Of a stretch of DNA of 64,000 nucleotides, positions 1-12,759 are shown one piece after another. This stretch comes from Mobula hypostoma (taxonomy: Eukaryota): NCBI RefSeq assembly GCF_963921235.1, contig NC_086097.1, forward strand, positions 231,944,001 to 232,008,000, given 5' to 3'. Position 1 is the stretch's first letter, and each line of letters starts with the position of its first letter. The notes beneath the pieces are model-generated. The model had not been told where the DNA came from. It did no database searches and was given only the letters and a program-made list of their open reading frames with translations. The position numbers and the translations under genes were made by a program.

Positions 1-627
1 TCTGGAGGAATAGAGTATAGGAGCAGGGATGTGATGTTGGGAGGCTCTATAAGGCCCTGGTAAGACCTCACTTGGAGTATTGTGGGCAGTTTTGGGCTCC
101 TTATTTAAGAAAGGATGTGCTGACGTTGGAGAGAGTACAGAGAAGATTCACTAGAATGATTCCAAGAATGAGAGGGTTAACATATGAGGAACGTTTGTCC
201 GCTCTTGGACTGTATTCCTTGGAGTTTAGAAGAATAAGGGGGGACCTCATAGAAACATTTCGAATGTTGAAAGGCATGGACAGAGTGGATGAGGCCAAGT
301 TGTTTCCCATGATGGGGGAGTCTAGTACGAGAGGGCATGACCTGGATTGAAGGGCGCCCATTCAGAACAGAGATGCGAAGAAATTTTTTTAGCCAGAGGG
401 TGGTGAATCTATGGAATTTGTTGCCACGGGCGGCAGTGGAGGCCAAGTCATTGGGTGTATTTAAGGCAGAGATTGATAGGTATCTGAGCAGCCAGGGCAT
501 CAAAGGTTATGGTGAGAAGGGAGGGGAGTGGGACTAAATGGGAGAATGGATCAGCTCATGATAAAATGGCGGAGCAGACTCGATGGGCAGAACGGCTGAC
601 TTCTGCTCCTTTGTCTTATGGTCTTAT
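1..627 (+). mobile_element. CR1 LINE, 3' end of ORF2 plus 3' UTR (runs off window start)
   Basis: Peptides EYCGQFWAPYLRKDVLTLERVQRRFTRMIP and RNFFSQRVVNLWNLLP are typical of the CR1 ORF2 C-terminus; ends in a CTTATGGTCTTAT tail; near-identical to copies at 27748 and 38186. Confidence 0.93.
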
Positions 628-1548
628 TAGAGGAACAGAAGCCAGCTCAGGAAAAAGATGAAAGAAGCCCAGTGAATGGAAGAAGGTATGGAGACACAGA
701 TGATGTACCACACAATGTACAGTGAGAACCACAAGAGACCATAACCGGTACGGACAGATCAGGAAAAGCAGTCTGTCAAAACAAGCATCTAAAAATTAAA
801 GGTCCACTTTTCTAAATTCCAGAAGTTCTTTTACTCTTTTTGCTTTTCTTTCATAGAAAGGGCACTGCAACAGATGTGTCTATAGTAAATCTGAAAGCAA
901 TAATGAAAATATCATGTGATTAGATGCTCTCTGTATGGTTGCTACAATATTCAGTATGAACATTCTAGAGATTACCTATGTGTGTGGAAGAACACCACTG
1001 TGGAAAATGCTCTTCTGACACTGTAAACCCTTTTATTTATTTGTACCCTTATTAGTGGTTTTAATTACCAATAATTTGCAGTATTTTCAAGAAGGATACT
1101 TTAAGGCCCTACAACTACATTATTCACAAGCATAACATACACTACTCCAACTTTATGTTTCTGTGAACAACCTCATTGTTCCTTGTTTCCCTGCATGTCT
1201 GTTGGGATTCATGAACAACATCATAAACCAATGACTCTACAACTCATATCGTCAATCATTCTTTATGGGGTTTGTAAATGGCATGTCTGCTGTGAGGAAA
1301 CTTGACCCTGAAATCAAAGGTGAAGCTCCTGAAGGTCAACCAGGATTTCCCAACAAATCCAGTATCTCTCGATCTCAGCTTTTCCTGCTGTTGAGTCAAA
1401 CTGCTACCAGGCTTGGTGTGATTTCAGAGCCTACTTACTTAAAATACTGCATGAGTACAAAACTAATTTATCTTCTTTCGTGGAAAGTCAGCTTACATCG
1501 CTGCACGCATCCAGAATCCAGAATCTCAGAAGTCCACAAAGCTGCAAA

Positions 1549-2830
1549 ATCAGAATCAAAATCAGGTTTATTATCACTGACAGACAGTATGTCATGAGGT
1601 TTGTTGTTCTGCCACAGTGGTTTAGTACAATACTTAGATTAGAAGACACGCAGTCCCCTGTTATTGTCATTTAGTAATGCATGCATTAAGAAATGATACA
1701 TTATTTCCTCCGGTGTGATATCACAAAACACAGGACAAACCAAGACTGAAAAAACTGACAAAAACCACATAATTATACGTATAGTTACAAACAGTGCAAC
1801 AATACCATAACTTGATGAAGAAGTCCGTGAGCACAGTAAAGTTCAAAGTTTCTCAAATGTCCCACATCTCACGCAGACGGGAGAAGGAAGAAAATCTCTC
1901 CCTGTCATGCCGACCACAATCCGACTCTGAGTCATCCGAAAACTTCAAGCTCTGATCAGCTCTCCGACACCGAGTACTGAGCAGCATTTCTGTCCGAACG
2001 ATTCGACCTCCTTCTCGGTCGCCAAAAGCAGGCAAGGCCAGGGATTTTGAGGCCTACCTTCCGAAAGATTCCCGACCACACAGTAACGACAGCAGCAAAC
2101 GGGCGTTTCAGAAATTTCTCCAGATGTTCCTCTGTGCTTTCACGTCCATTCTCCATCAAATCAGAATTGTCCGCAGCCCCTATTTAACAGATACAACATC
2201 ATTTTTCACCGGGGAGCTGCGCATGCGCAGCGCACTGCCATCTTCTTCTAATTTATACTATAAATTACAATAAGAAAATATAAAATGTGTAAATAAACAA
2301 ATAGAGCAGAATGGGAGCAAAATAGTGTTGTAGTGTTCTTGGGGTTGTGGACCATTCAGAGATCAGTTGGCAGAGGGGAAGAAACTGTTCCAAAGATGTT
2401 GAGCATGTGTCTTTAGGCTCCTGTATCTCTTCTCTGATGGTAGTAATGAGAAGAGGGCATTTCACGGGTGGTGAGGGTCTTTCATAGTGCTTTCTTGATG
2501 CATTGCCTTTTGAAGATGTCCCTGATAGTGAGGAATCTAGTGCCCACGATGGAGCTGGCTACGTTTACAACCCTCTTCAGCTTTTTCTGATTCTGTGAAT
2601 TGGCGCCTCCATACCAGATTGTGATGCAGCCAGTCCGATTGCCCTCCGAGGTACCACTGCAGAAGTATTTTCGTCTTTAGTGATATACCAAATCTTCTTA
2701 AACTCCTCGTGAAATATAATTGCTGGCCTGCCTTCTTTGTAATAGCATGAATACGTTGGGCCCAAGATAGATCTTCAGAGATGTTGTCACCCAGGAACTT
2801 GAAGCGGCTTAATTTCATCTGTGCTTCCAC
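1549..2830 (-). mobile_element. Rex1/Babar-type LINE 3' fragment, split by the insertion at 1634-2248
   Basis: Minus ORF FKFLGDNISEDLSWAQRIHAITKKAGQQLYF; AATAAACCTGATT(CTGATT)-type tail at ~1549-1572. Confidence 0.8.
1634..2248 (-). mobile_element. Short non-coding retroposon, family A, copy 1
   Basis: Homologous end to end with 25762-26419 and 28717-29367; 5' GAAGATGGC head and CTAATCTAA tail on the minus strand. Confidence 0.8.
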
Positions 2831-3359
2831 ATCTCACGGAAACGTGGACATGGATGTCAGCTGACAGTAGATCAAGTGGACATGGTAAACGAAAGAATTC
2901 TGCGTGATAGTTAAACCAGACATATTGGCTGATTGGTGACACCACCAGTCAATATCTTCTTATACGTGGTAAATTGAATTGATTGAGGTGAAAATGCATG
3001 CTGAGCCCATAAGGGGGATATTATGATAATAACTAAAATAGAGTATTTTTTTAAAGATGGATAGGGCAATTGCAGATGGTTTGGAAAGGGGATGGGGATA
3101 TCCAGGACAGAAGGCAAAGGCTTGAAAATTAAAGGAAACATTTAAGCAAAAGGGTGTGACTTTTCAACTTGTGGTATTAAGGCTGAGGGTGAAGATAGGA
3201 CTAGCTAAATGGAATGTAAGAGCGATGACTTCTTTCAATAATTCACCTGCAGGTTCCATCCAGTTAGTGCTGAGAAAATCAGGGAAACGTTGATTTAGGC
3301 AGAGAAATGCTAATTTCATGAATGGGTCAAACAGGCAGCACAGAGCCCATATGTATATA

Positions 3360-3903
3360 CACTAAGTGGCCACATTTTTAGATACAGGCATGGAACCCGG
3401 TCTTCTGTTGCTGTAGCACATTCACTTTAAAGTTCAACGTGTTGTGCGTTCAGAGATGCTCTTCTGCACAACACTGTTGTAAAGTGTGGTTATTTGAATG
3501 ACTGTCGCCTTCCTGTCAGTATGAATCAGCCTGGCCATTCTCCTCTGACCTCTCTCATTAACAAAGCATTTTCACCCACAGAACTGCCGCTCAGCAGATG
3601 TTTTTTTTGTACTTTGCACCATTCTCTGTAAACTTTAGAGACTGCTGCATGTGAAAATCCCAGGAGATCAGCAGTGCCAGAGGTATTCAAATAATCTTGT
3701 CTGGCACCATCAATCATTCCAAGGTCAAAGTCACTTAGATCACATTTCTTCCCCATTCTGATGTTTGGTCTGAACAACAACTGAACCTCTTGACCACCTC
3801 TGCATGCTTTTATGCACTGAGTTGCTGCCACATGATTGGCTGATTAGATATTTGCATTAGCAAACAGGTGTACAGGTGTACTTAATAAAATGGACATTGA
3901 GTG
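3360..3903 (-). mobile_element. Tc1/mariner-derived non-autonomous element (MITE-like) with a transposase HTH remnant
   Basis: Degenerate TIRs CACTAAGTGGCCAC...TGGACATTGAGTG with TA on the left; minus peptide MGKKCDLSDFDLGMIDGAR...TADLLGFSHAAVSKVYREW resembles a Tc1 N-terminal HTH; sister copies at 36160 and 49912. Confidence 0.85.
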
Positions 3904-4052
3904 CATATCTACTGTTAATTCCTCCAAGGTAACAAACACCATCCTCTGGCATCTGCTCAAGAGCACTCAGTATAATTTTAAAACTGAAAACTTGCACATA
4001 TGTTCCTACAGCCATAGAGTCATAGAGCTCTACAGCACAGAAACAAACTCTT

Positions 4053-5383
4053 CAGAACCAGAATCAGGTTTATTATCACCAGCATGTGATGTGAAATTTG
4101 TTAACTTAGCAGCAGCAGTTCAATGCAATACATAATCTAGCAGAGGAAAAAAAATGATAATGATAATAATAATAAATAAACAAGAAAATAAATTAGGGTA
4201 TATACATATACTGAATAGATTAAAAACACGTGCAAAAACAGAAATACTGTATATTAAAAAAAAGTGAGGTAGTGTCCAAAGCTTCAATGTCCATTTAGGA
4301 ATGAGATGGCAGAGGGGAAGAAGCTGTTCCTGAATCGCTCAGTGTGTGCCTTCAGGCTTCTGTATCTCCTACCTGATGGTAACAGTGAGAAAAGGGCATG
4401 CCCTGGGTGCTGGAGGTCCTTAATAATGGATGCTGCCTTTCTGAGACACCGCTCCCTAAGGATGTCCTGGGTACTTTGTACATTAGTACCCAAGAATGAA
4501 CTGACTAGATTTACAACCTTCTGCAGCCCATGCTCATTTCGGTCCAGTGCAGTAGCCCCTCCATACCAGACAGTGATGCAGCCTGTCAGAGTGCTCTCCA
4601 CAGTACAACTACGGAAGTTTTTGAGTGTATACGTTGATGTACCAAATCTCTTCAAACTCCTAATAAAGTATAGCCACTGTCTTCATAACTACATCGATAT
4701 GTTGGGACCAGGTTAGATCCTCAGAGATCTTGACACCCAGGAACTTGAAGCTGTTCACTCTTCCCACTTCTGATCCCTCTATGAGGATTGGTATGTGTTC
4801 CTTCATCTTACCCTTCCTGAAGTCCACAATCAGCTCTTTCATCTTACTGACATTGAGTGCCAGGTTGTTGCTGTGGCACCACTCCACTGGTTGGCATATC
4901 TCACTCCTGTACACCCTATCGTCACCACCTGAGATTCTACCAACAATGGTTGTATCATCAGCAAATTTATAGATGGTATTTGAGCTATGCCTAGCCACAC
5001 AGTCATGTGTATATAGAGAGTAGAGCAGTGGGCTAAGCACACACCCCTGAGGTGCACCAGTGTTGATTGACAGCGAGGAGGAGATGTTAACACCGATCTG
5101 CACAGATTGTGGTCTTCCGGTTAAGGAGTTGAGGATCCAACTACAGAGGGATGTACGGAGGCCCAGGTTCTGTAACTGCTCAATCAGGATTATGGGAATG
5201 ACGGTACTAAATTCTGAGCTATAGTCGATGAACAGCATCCTGACGTAAGTGTTTGTGTTGTCCAGGTGAGCTAAAGCCGTGTGGAGAGCCTTGGCGATTG
5301 CATCTGCCGTTGACCCACTGTGGCGATAGGCAAATTGCAATGGGTCTAGGTCCTTGCTGAGGCAGGAGTTCAGACTAGTCAGC
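4053..5383 (-). mobile_element. Rex1/Babar LINE, RT domain plus 3' end (5'-truncated)
   Basis: ORF 4660-5424 has [36 protein letters not shown] and YKFADD; C-terminal RFRNSFFPSAI; (TTCTGA)-type tail. Confidence 0.92.
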
Positions 5384-5571
5384 CCAGCTAGTCTGTGTGG
5401 AACTGTTAGTCTGCCTGGTTCCATTGACCTGTACCTGGAACATAGGCAGTCATTTCTCTTCCATCCATTTACTTATCCAAACAAATCTTAAATGTTGAAA
5501 TTAAATCAGCATCTACCATCCCCGGTGGCAGCTCAATCCACTCTTGCACCACCTTCTGAGTGCAGAAGTTC

Positions 5572-5815
5572 AGATCAGAATCAGACTTATTATTACTGAC
5601 ATTTTGAGGCAGCAATACTGAGAACTACATGAAAAATATGATATAAATGACAATATATATGTATATATTGTAAATAGGGAGATAGTGTTCATGGGTTCAT
5701 GGACCATTCAGAAATTTGAGGGTGGACAGGAAGAAACGGTTCCTGAAATGTTAAGTGTGCATCTTCAGGCACCTGTATCTCCTCCCTAATGGTAGGGATG
5801 AGAAGAGGGCATGGC
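5572..5815 (-). mobile_element. Rex1/Babar 3' fragment nested in an old CR1 3' remnant (~5400-5925)
   Basis: Same 3' UTR and CAGAATCAG tail as 4053-4400; the flanks resemble CR1 3' sequence. Confidence 0.6.
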
Positions 5816-6144
5816 CTTATTTTCCCCTCAGGTTTCCCTTAAATATTTCACTTTTCCCTTTCACGCTTCACTCATCCTCAATGGAAAAAGCCTGCTTGCA
5901 TTTACACTATCTATTCCATCTGCGAAGACATTTAATCTTGCTGCTGTTCTGGATATCTCAGTCCTTAGTCTGTTTGCCTTCCACTAGGTTTGAAGTCAAG
6001 GATGCTGAAAAATTATTGTGCTTATTTATATTTAATTAAAATTATATGAGTGATTACAAATTTATTATAATTATATGAGTGTTATTCAGTAGACTTGAAA
6101 TTCAAGATGTTGGGATCAAATCATGACTTAACTTGTAATCATAA

Positions 6145-6571
6145 TTCAAAGTTCAAAGTTCAAGGTACATTGATTATTAAAGTATGTATACTATGTTCAA
6201 GATTGAAATTTGTCTTTTTAGAGGCAGCCACAAAAACAGACAAACCCAATAGAACCCATTAAAAAAGACCATCAAACACCCAAAGTACAAAAAAGAAGGG
6301 ATTGTACAAACAATAAAAAGTGAAGAATTACACTCAGAAGTAAACTTCAAAAAAGTGAGTCCGCAAGAATTAAGCTAGTTCGTTGCTACAGCCAGTCCAG
6401 GAGCCCATTAATAGCCAGCCACAGCCTCGCTCCTGGGCCCAGGCCATGCTGCTTCAGATTGATTCCAAGTCCGCTCCAGCAATGGCCAAACATCAGCTCG
6501 TTCCTCGCTCTAGACCTGGGTCCCACCACCTCGATATGGCTGTGATTGCTGTGTATTGCTCGCGTCATCTT
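6145..6571 (-). mobile_element. Short non-coding retroposon, family B
   Basis: (TTTGAAC)n tail and 5' AAGATGACGCG on the minus strand; 3' portion homologous to 42026-42801 and 27143-27435. Confidence 0.6.
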
Positions 6572-6684
6572 AAAATGGATTCAGAATAGGATTACAAAGA
6601 CAATAGCTGTAATGAGATTGAAGTAAACATTATTATCCATCTTCCTGGAGCTTACGAAAACTACATTAACTTAAGGAGAGATGT

Positions 6685-6990
6685 ACCTTTTAAAGCACTC
6701 TGCAATCAGTTAGATATTTCATTGCGACATGGTCAGTCACTATGCTGTAAGATAAATGGCAGCAAATTTGCAGACAACAATATGGTAATCTGTTTCAGTA
6801 TTATTGATTCAGGGATAATTATTGTCCAGGACACCAGAAGTACATTCATTATCTTTTGAAATTGTACAATGTGATCTTTTACAAACACTTGAAAAGCACT
6901 AGGGCATCAGTTTATTGGCTTGTCTGATAGATACAACATTCTCTTGGTGCCACATTGGAGAATCTCACCAGACTTTGGAACTCAATTGGT
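6685..6990 (-). mobile_element. Ancient Deu-domain SINE remnant (SacSINE1/AmnSINE1-like)
   Basis: Blocks GGCAGCAAATTTGC, TAATCTGTTT, GGGATAATTATTGTCCAGGACACC and GATCTTTTAC occur in the order I recall for the Deu domain; heavily diverged; matched from memory only. Confidence 0.6.
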
Positions 6991-6994
6991 GAAT

Positions 6995-7358
6995 GAGGCC
7001 TCCATCGGTCAGTGTCGACCACAGATATTACATCCTAGCTGTCTAGATACATAAGCCTGGGCTGTACGATGTGGAGAGCCCATGTAGCAAGCTCCCCCTC
7101 TTCACACATCTGACACACCCAAGGGAACAACAGAGCCCGATACAGTTTGGTATCTGCAGCATCGCAGGATTTGCCAGTCAGCATTGAGGAACTTCCTGAG
7201 GGACCCCAGCTCCAGAATTTTCTCTTGGGGTTTACTCCTGCAGCTTTCCCTAGGGGTTGGCATAGCTGCAAGGCAGCAGTGGTCTGAGATGCGATCAGAG
7301 TTTTCCTTCTCCTAGGTGAGCTGCCAACCACGGCTGACGAGCCCCATCTACCTGAAAT
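6995..7358 (-). mobile_element. Non-autonomous bipartite RTE-derived element (partial)
   Basis: RTE 5'-UTR-like motif GGAGAAGGAAAACTCTGA on the minus strand; homologous to 9240-9600; no coding remnant. Confidence 0.7.
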
Positions 7359-8156
7359 CTCACTTGGTAATTTTTTTATTATTGCCACTTGCATCAAGAT
7401 ACAGCGGAAAAACTTTGTTTTGCACGTCACTTCAAATCTGAAGTGCATTGTGGTAGTACAGGAAGAAGAACAACAGAATGCGAAATGTCCTACAGTCGAA
7501 ATCACAGAGCAAGTGCAGTGTAGGTAGACAATAGAGTGTGAGGCCTATGAAGAAGCAGGTGTGAGGTCAGCAGTTCACCTTTATCATTATGAGAAGTCTG
7601 TTCAATAGTCTTAGAGCAAAAGGTTAGAAGCTGTCCTTGAACCTGTTGGTACGTGTTTTCAAGGGGCGATAAGAAAGAACGTCTGGTGTGGGAGTGGTCC
7701 CTAGAATGAAGCTTGAACTTCAAAACTTTGGACCTGAGGAAAGAATGCTTCAAGGATAATAATGTAATTAATTTGTGAGCCAGTAGTGATTGGGATGACA
7801 ATTTCAGATCAGACTGTGATGATAATCCTATAATTATTATAGGACTCAGCAGGTCAGGCAGCATCTACGGAGGGGAATTAACAGTCGACATTTCGGTATT
7901 ATAGTATAATACGATTGATAGGGTAAGACTGAGCTTCCCCGTTTTTGGACGCAAGTTTTGACTGGCAAAATGAGACCCACTTTCACAACATCAACACACA
8001 CATTTGAGAACAGCTTGTGATGTTCTGCCATCGCCTTGAACTGAAACTGCATATGCATTTAAGAAATAGCCAACAAGCCAGACAGCACACACAAAGAGGG
8101 AGGAAACGCGTTAAGACCATAAAGCCATAAAACCATAAGACATGGGAGCCGCTATT

Positions 8157-9000
8157 TCACACAAAATGCTGGAGGAACTCAACGGATCGGGCAGCATTTT
8201 TGGAGGGGAATAAACATTCGATATTTTGGGCTGAAATCCTACTTGAGTCTGGGTGAAGAATCTCGGCCTGAAATGTCGACTGTTAATTCCCCTCCATAGA
8301 TGCTGCCTGACCTGCTGAGTCCATTCAGTATCTTGTGTGTGTTGCTCTGGATGTCCAGCAGCTGCAGAAAATGCTGTGTCCGCTAACAGCTCAGACCAAT
8401 GGCTTTCCATCGGAAGCAGGAACAGCGATAAAGGGGCTTTAAGATAAACAGAGGAGAGAAGAAATGGAAAAGCATGGATGGAACATGTGAGAGGTAGGAT
8501 GACAAAAGAAGTAACAATGTAAGATGACAAAAGGAGAGACGAAGTGAAAATATAGAATGCTTATCTGAAATCGCAGCTATGGATCGGAATGAATGCTGGA
8601 ACTCTGGAAGCAAAGTGCCAGAAAACTGACCATCAGAACCTGCGGAGGCCAGGAGGCTAAGGTGTTTCCCGTCAGAAAGTGAGTGCTGATTCTGAAGTTA
8701 CGGTGAGGTCGGCGTAGGAGACAGAGGGTAGAAGGTGGGCTGCGAGTAAGAGAGGGAATAAAAGTTACAGGTAACTGTATGCTCGCACGTGAGCTGATGT
8801 ACTCAACAAAGGGGATACAGTATAAGATCTGTGTGTGGGCGTCTCCCCCCACCCCCGAAATAGGAGAGAACAATTTGTAGGCAATGACTACCCGGTAACG
8901 TATTGAAAGTAATTTAAACCAATCTCTCCTCACCTGGAAAGTGTAATTCAGCTTTGGATGGTGGAAGGACAGTAGATCAGACTTAGGATTGACTCCACAC
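8157..9000 (-). mobile_element. Old Penelope-like remnant: inverted pLTR pair (8157-8385) and decayed GIY-YIG C-terminus
   Basis: Imperfect dyad CACACAAAATGCTGGAGGAACTCA...TGAGTCCATTCAGTATCTTGTGTG; 8620-8945 resembles 60640-60965. Confidence 0.65.
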
Positions 9001-9104
9001 CCAAGAAGGAGACACTACTCAAATGACCAAAAAGCTATTATGAAGAGGTTGGTTTAAGGAATGACCTACAGGAGGAGAGGTTTGTGTATAGGATTCCAGA
9101 AATT

Positions 9105-10075
9105 AGAACAGAGAACAGGACAGCACGGCTCCCTCGGCTCACAATGCTCTGTTGGCCTTTTAACCTACTCTAAGTTTAGTCTAACCCTTCCTTCCTACAT
9201 TGCCCTAAAATATTCTATCATCCATGTGCGTACCTAGTAGGCCTTCTGTTGATCAGGGTCAACCAGGTCTCTACACAAGTCAGGGGAGAACGATCTGGAG
9301 AGCAAGCTGTTGCCTATGTAGCAGGCCCCCCTCTCCACGCAGCTAATGGATCCAAAGGGACAGCAGAGACCAATATAGTTTGGCCCCAGCAGCATCGCAG
9401 GAGTTGCCAGTCAGTGTTGAACTTAATGTAGGACTGCCTTAGGGGCTTCAGCTCTGATTTTCCCTCAGGTTTACTCCTGAAGCCTTCTCCATGAGCGGGT
9501 ATAGCTGCAAGGCAGCGGAGGTTTGAGATCAGAGTTTTTCTTCTCCCAGATGAGCTGCCAACCACGGCTGATGAGCCCCATCTGCCTGAAGTTATTGATT
9601 TTAAGGTGCCTTCGCACCTTCTCCTGTCAGTAGAAACAGCTAAGCCACATATGAAGGCCAAGAGCTGGGCTTGGTTACCAGTGGCTATTTTAGACGCATG
9701 CTATTGGGAGCATTTAGTAGGTAGCTGGAGCTTATCCCCACTAATCCCCCGGCTATGACAACCTTTAAGAACTGTGCCTATTTAGGAGTTCCTTTAATGC
9801 CCCAAATGAATCTACCCCTACCACCACCCCTGGTAGTGAATTACACACACTCACCATTCTCTGCATAAAAAACTTAATTCTGACGTCCTCCGTATACTTT
9901 CCTCCAATCACTTTAATATTATGCCCTCTTTTATTAACCATTTCTGCCCTGGGATAAGGTCTCTGCCTTTCCACTCGATCTAGGCATCTTATCATCTTGA
10001 TATCAAATCCCCTCAACCTCCTTCACTCCAGAATAAAAAGCCCTCGTGCACACCACCTTTCCTCATAAGACATGT
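9105..10075 (-). mobile_element. CR1 3' fragment interrupted by an RTE-derived element
   Basis: Minus peptide RGHNIKVIGGKYTEDVRIKFFMQRMVSVCNSLP; the 3' UTR continues at 9105-9235. Confidence 0.75.
9240..9765 (-). mobile_element. Non-autonomous bipartite RTE-derived element
   Basis: Longer homologue of 6995-7358; RTE-type 5' UTR motifs fused directly to a short 3' module. Confidence 0.7.
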
Positions 10076-10109
10076 TCTCATGGTACCGTCTCCTGGCAGT
10101 TCGCAGATG

Positions 10110-10758
10110 CACGCAATCCAGCCTGTCATCCACCGTTCGAACACACAAGGGCAGCACCAGTGGGGGAGGCCAGCCTCCAGCTGAGTGTAGACACCACACG
10201 GCACCGCCTCAGGTGTCTTCTCACCAGGTCTGCAGCAGCAGGCAAGCCCGCAGCTTGAGGCCAAGTCCTCCCTGTAATCGAGGCTGCACAGCTTCCATGT
10301 CACCTGTTGCACCACCAGACAAGGATAATGGGCCTGTGGCAACTTACATTATCATTGTTCAACAGAGTCCTGTGATTGCAAGTGAATTATCCAAGACAAT
10401 CAGCCATGGTTATACTGCACACAGCCTTCATGCACCAACTCCGATGTCTTCGAGTAACGGGCAGCAACATGGTCTGCAGCCAGGCAGCTCCTTCGAACCC
10501 AAACCGGCTCCTCCAACGTCCCGATCGGCTCCTTCCCCAACATCCCGGCCCGCCCCTTCGACACCTCGGCCGGCTTCGCTGCTGTCACCAGTCCAGCTAC
10601 TCCCATCAACAATCAGCACACTGATGGGGTAGCTCTGCAGGGCTTGAGTTTTTGGAATAGAATTGTCTTTCCATCGTAATAAAAACACATTTACCAAAGG
10701 GAAAAGCATCTTTGGTTGGCCCCTGAGAAGCTGCTGTGTGCAAATGGACTGCCATCTT
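10110..10758 (-). mobile_element. GC-rich putative retroposon 5' region, unclassified
   Basis: Starts AAGATGGCAG on the minus strand, like families A and B; CpG-richer than background; no recognisable protein. Confidence 0.35.
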
Positions 10759-10759
10759 A

Positions 10760-11392
10760 AGGGAAGATATTGATGCATCTACAAAGAAGGCACGACAGTG
10801 GCTATACTTCATTAGGAGTTTGAGGAGATTTGGAACATTGCCAAAAGCACTCTAAAATTTCTACAGAGGTACTGTGGACGGCATTCTGTCTGGTTGTATC
10901 ACAATCTGGTATGGGGGGTGGTGCGGGCGCTACTGCACAGGATGGAAGTAAGCTGCAGAGAGTTGTAAAATTAGTCAGCTCCTTCATGGGTACTAGCCTC
11001 CTTAGTACCCAGGACATCTTCAAGGAGCGGAGCCTCAAAAAGGTGGGGTCCATTGTTAAGGAACTCCACCAGTCAGGTCATGCCCTTCTCTCACTGTTCC
11101 CATCAGTGAGGAGGTACAGGAGCCTGAAGGCACACACTCAGCCATTCAGGAACAGCTCCTGTCCCTCTTGCATCCGATTCCTAAATGGACATTGAACTCA
11201 TGAACACTACCTCACTATATTTTTTTATTTATGCTTTTGCTCTACTTATTTGATTTAACTATTTGATATACATATATATATATTTTTCTGTAATTCACAG
11301 TTTTCTCCCTGTATTGCATTGTACTCCTGCTGCAAGTTAAACAAATTTTGCAACATATTCCGGTGGTATTAAACCAGATCCTGATTCTGATT
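10760..11392 (+). mobile_element. Rex1/Babar LINE 3' fragment
   Basis: Peptide KLQRVVKLVSSFMGTSL...RRYRSLKAHTQPFRNS; CTGATTCTGATT tail. Confidence 0.88.
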
Positions 11393-12759
11393 TCTCTGAT
11401 AATTAATATAATATTTTATGGCAGCCATCACTAGAATGTAATAAGCTATAATTAAAGTATGGTTTATTGTTTGATTAACCACTGTATATAATCACATTTG
11501 TAATTTACAGTAATATTAACAGGGTCAGAAACAACATTTATTTTTGTATATGTTGCAGAAGAATTCCTTCAAGACATTAACCACAGAGTGAACTTGAGGA
11601 AAACCAGCTTTCTCGCTGACTATCAGGTCCTGACATCACTGGTGCTGTTTAAATGGACAACTCTAAAAATATTCTCTGAAATTAGCCGGCAGAAGAATTT
11701 GCCCGTCTGGTTAAGTGGAATATTTATTGTTGGTAATTTGTGGAGCAATTACTTGGAGACTTTCCTGCATTTGACCTATTCTTCTGGCAGATTTACATAT
11801 GAGCTAATACAATGCGTTTTTATCCGAACTAAAGAAAAAAGACTGAGAAGCCATTCTGTTCACAATTCAGCCACTGGTGAGTTACACACTGAAACAACTT
11901 CTTTAGACAATCCATTATTCCTTACTATTCCCATTTTAGCAAATCTTTAATACCTTGCAATGCCTTTTTTCTTAGTCTCTATGAATTCTGACAAGCAATG
12001 CATTATTTATGCTTAAGCATTAAATTAATGCTTAAACAGTTCACTTCCTTCATACAGCCATAAGTTGTGATTCATTCTCTGTCCAGATTTGCTACCCAAG
12101 ACAGCAGGATTTCAGAACTGGACAAAACGGGGAAATGTACACAAACTTAGTTTCTTCCTGATCGTGACTACGGACTGTTTTGTTCAAAGTATTCTCAGTC
12201 TATTACAGTCAACATCAAGTAAAGTAATACTATTAAATTCAAGAATTAATTGTTCAATAAAATAATTAAAATAGGAAGATTATTTCAATTGGTAAAAGTG
12301 TCTCTTGGTATTAATTTCTGTAATTTATTCTATGAGTGAATGCGACCTGAAATTCACCCCTTCACTGCTGACATCACTTTCATTTATGTAATTAAGGTGA
12401 TGTGGTGGGAATGCAGCTCTGTAGCCAGCATCAGTTACATCATTTATCCTTAGTTCTTGGCAACAGAGAAAAAAAAAGAATTTTGATTCAATAAGTAAGT
12501 GTTCTAATATTAAAAATAACTACTAAGGAGTTTTAAAGTTCAAAATTACAATTCATTGTTTGTGTACATGGACTTAACATTCCAGGCATTGTTAGGTTAT
12601 TTGATGGTTAAAATGCCCATTATGAGCAGCAACAAAGCAGTTTCTTAAAATGCATATTATATTTGGATATCTTACTACAAAAAAATCAGCTTAAAATTTC
12701 ACACATGATTTTATAAAAGTAGGGATCCCATTCTTCTCCACTCTTGAATATTAAAGTTG

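Noticed and set aside
631..725. Plus frame EEQKPAQEKDERSPVNGRRYGDTDDVPHNVQ-stop as a terminal exon
   Set aside because: The acceptor depends on the CR1 tail; it is short and matches no protein I know.
4306..4972. Plus-strand ORFs overlapping LINE RT (also 43730-44599 and 47506-47718)
   Set aside because: These are antisense shadows of LINE coding sequence.
9621..9690. HDV-like ribozyme in the RTE-derived 5' UTR (P2 CTCTTG/CAGGAG, P3 GCC/GGC, CNRA)
   Set aside because: I could not build P1, P1.1 and P4 consistently with the HDV topology.
10072..10632. 186-aa Pro/Ser-rich ORF
   Set aside because: A low-complexity translation of a GC-rich repeat segment; several frames are open on both strands.
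11588..11950. 120-aa ORF in unique DNA after a TTGCAG acceptor-like site
   Set aside because: No recognisable domain, GTG start and no convincing donor.
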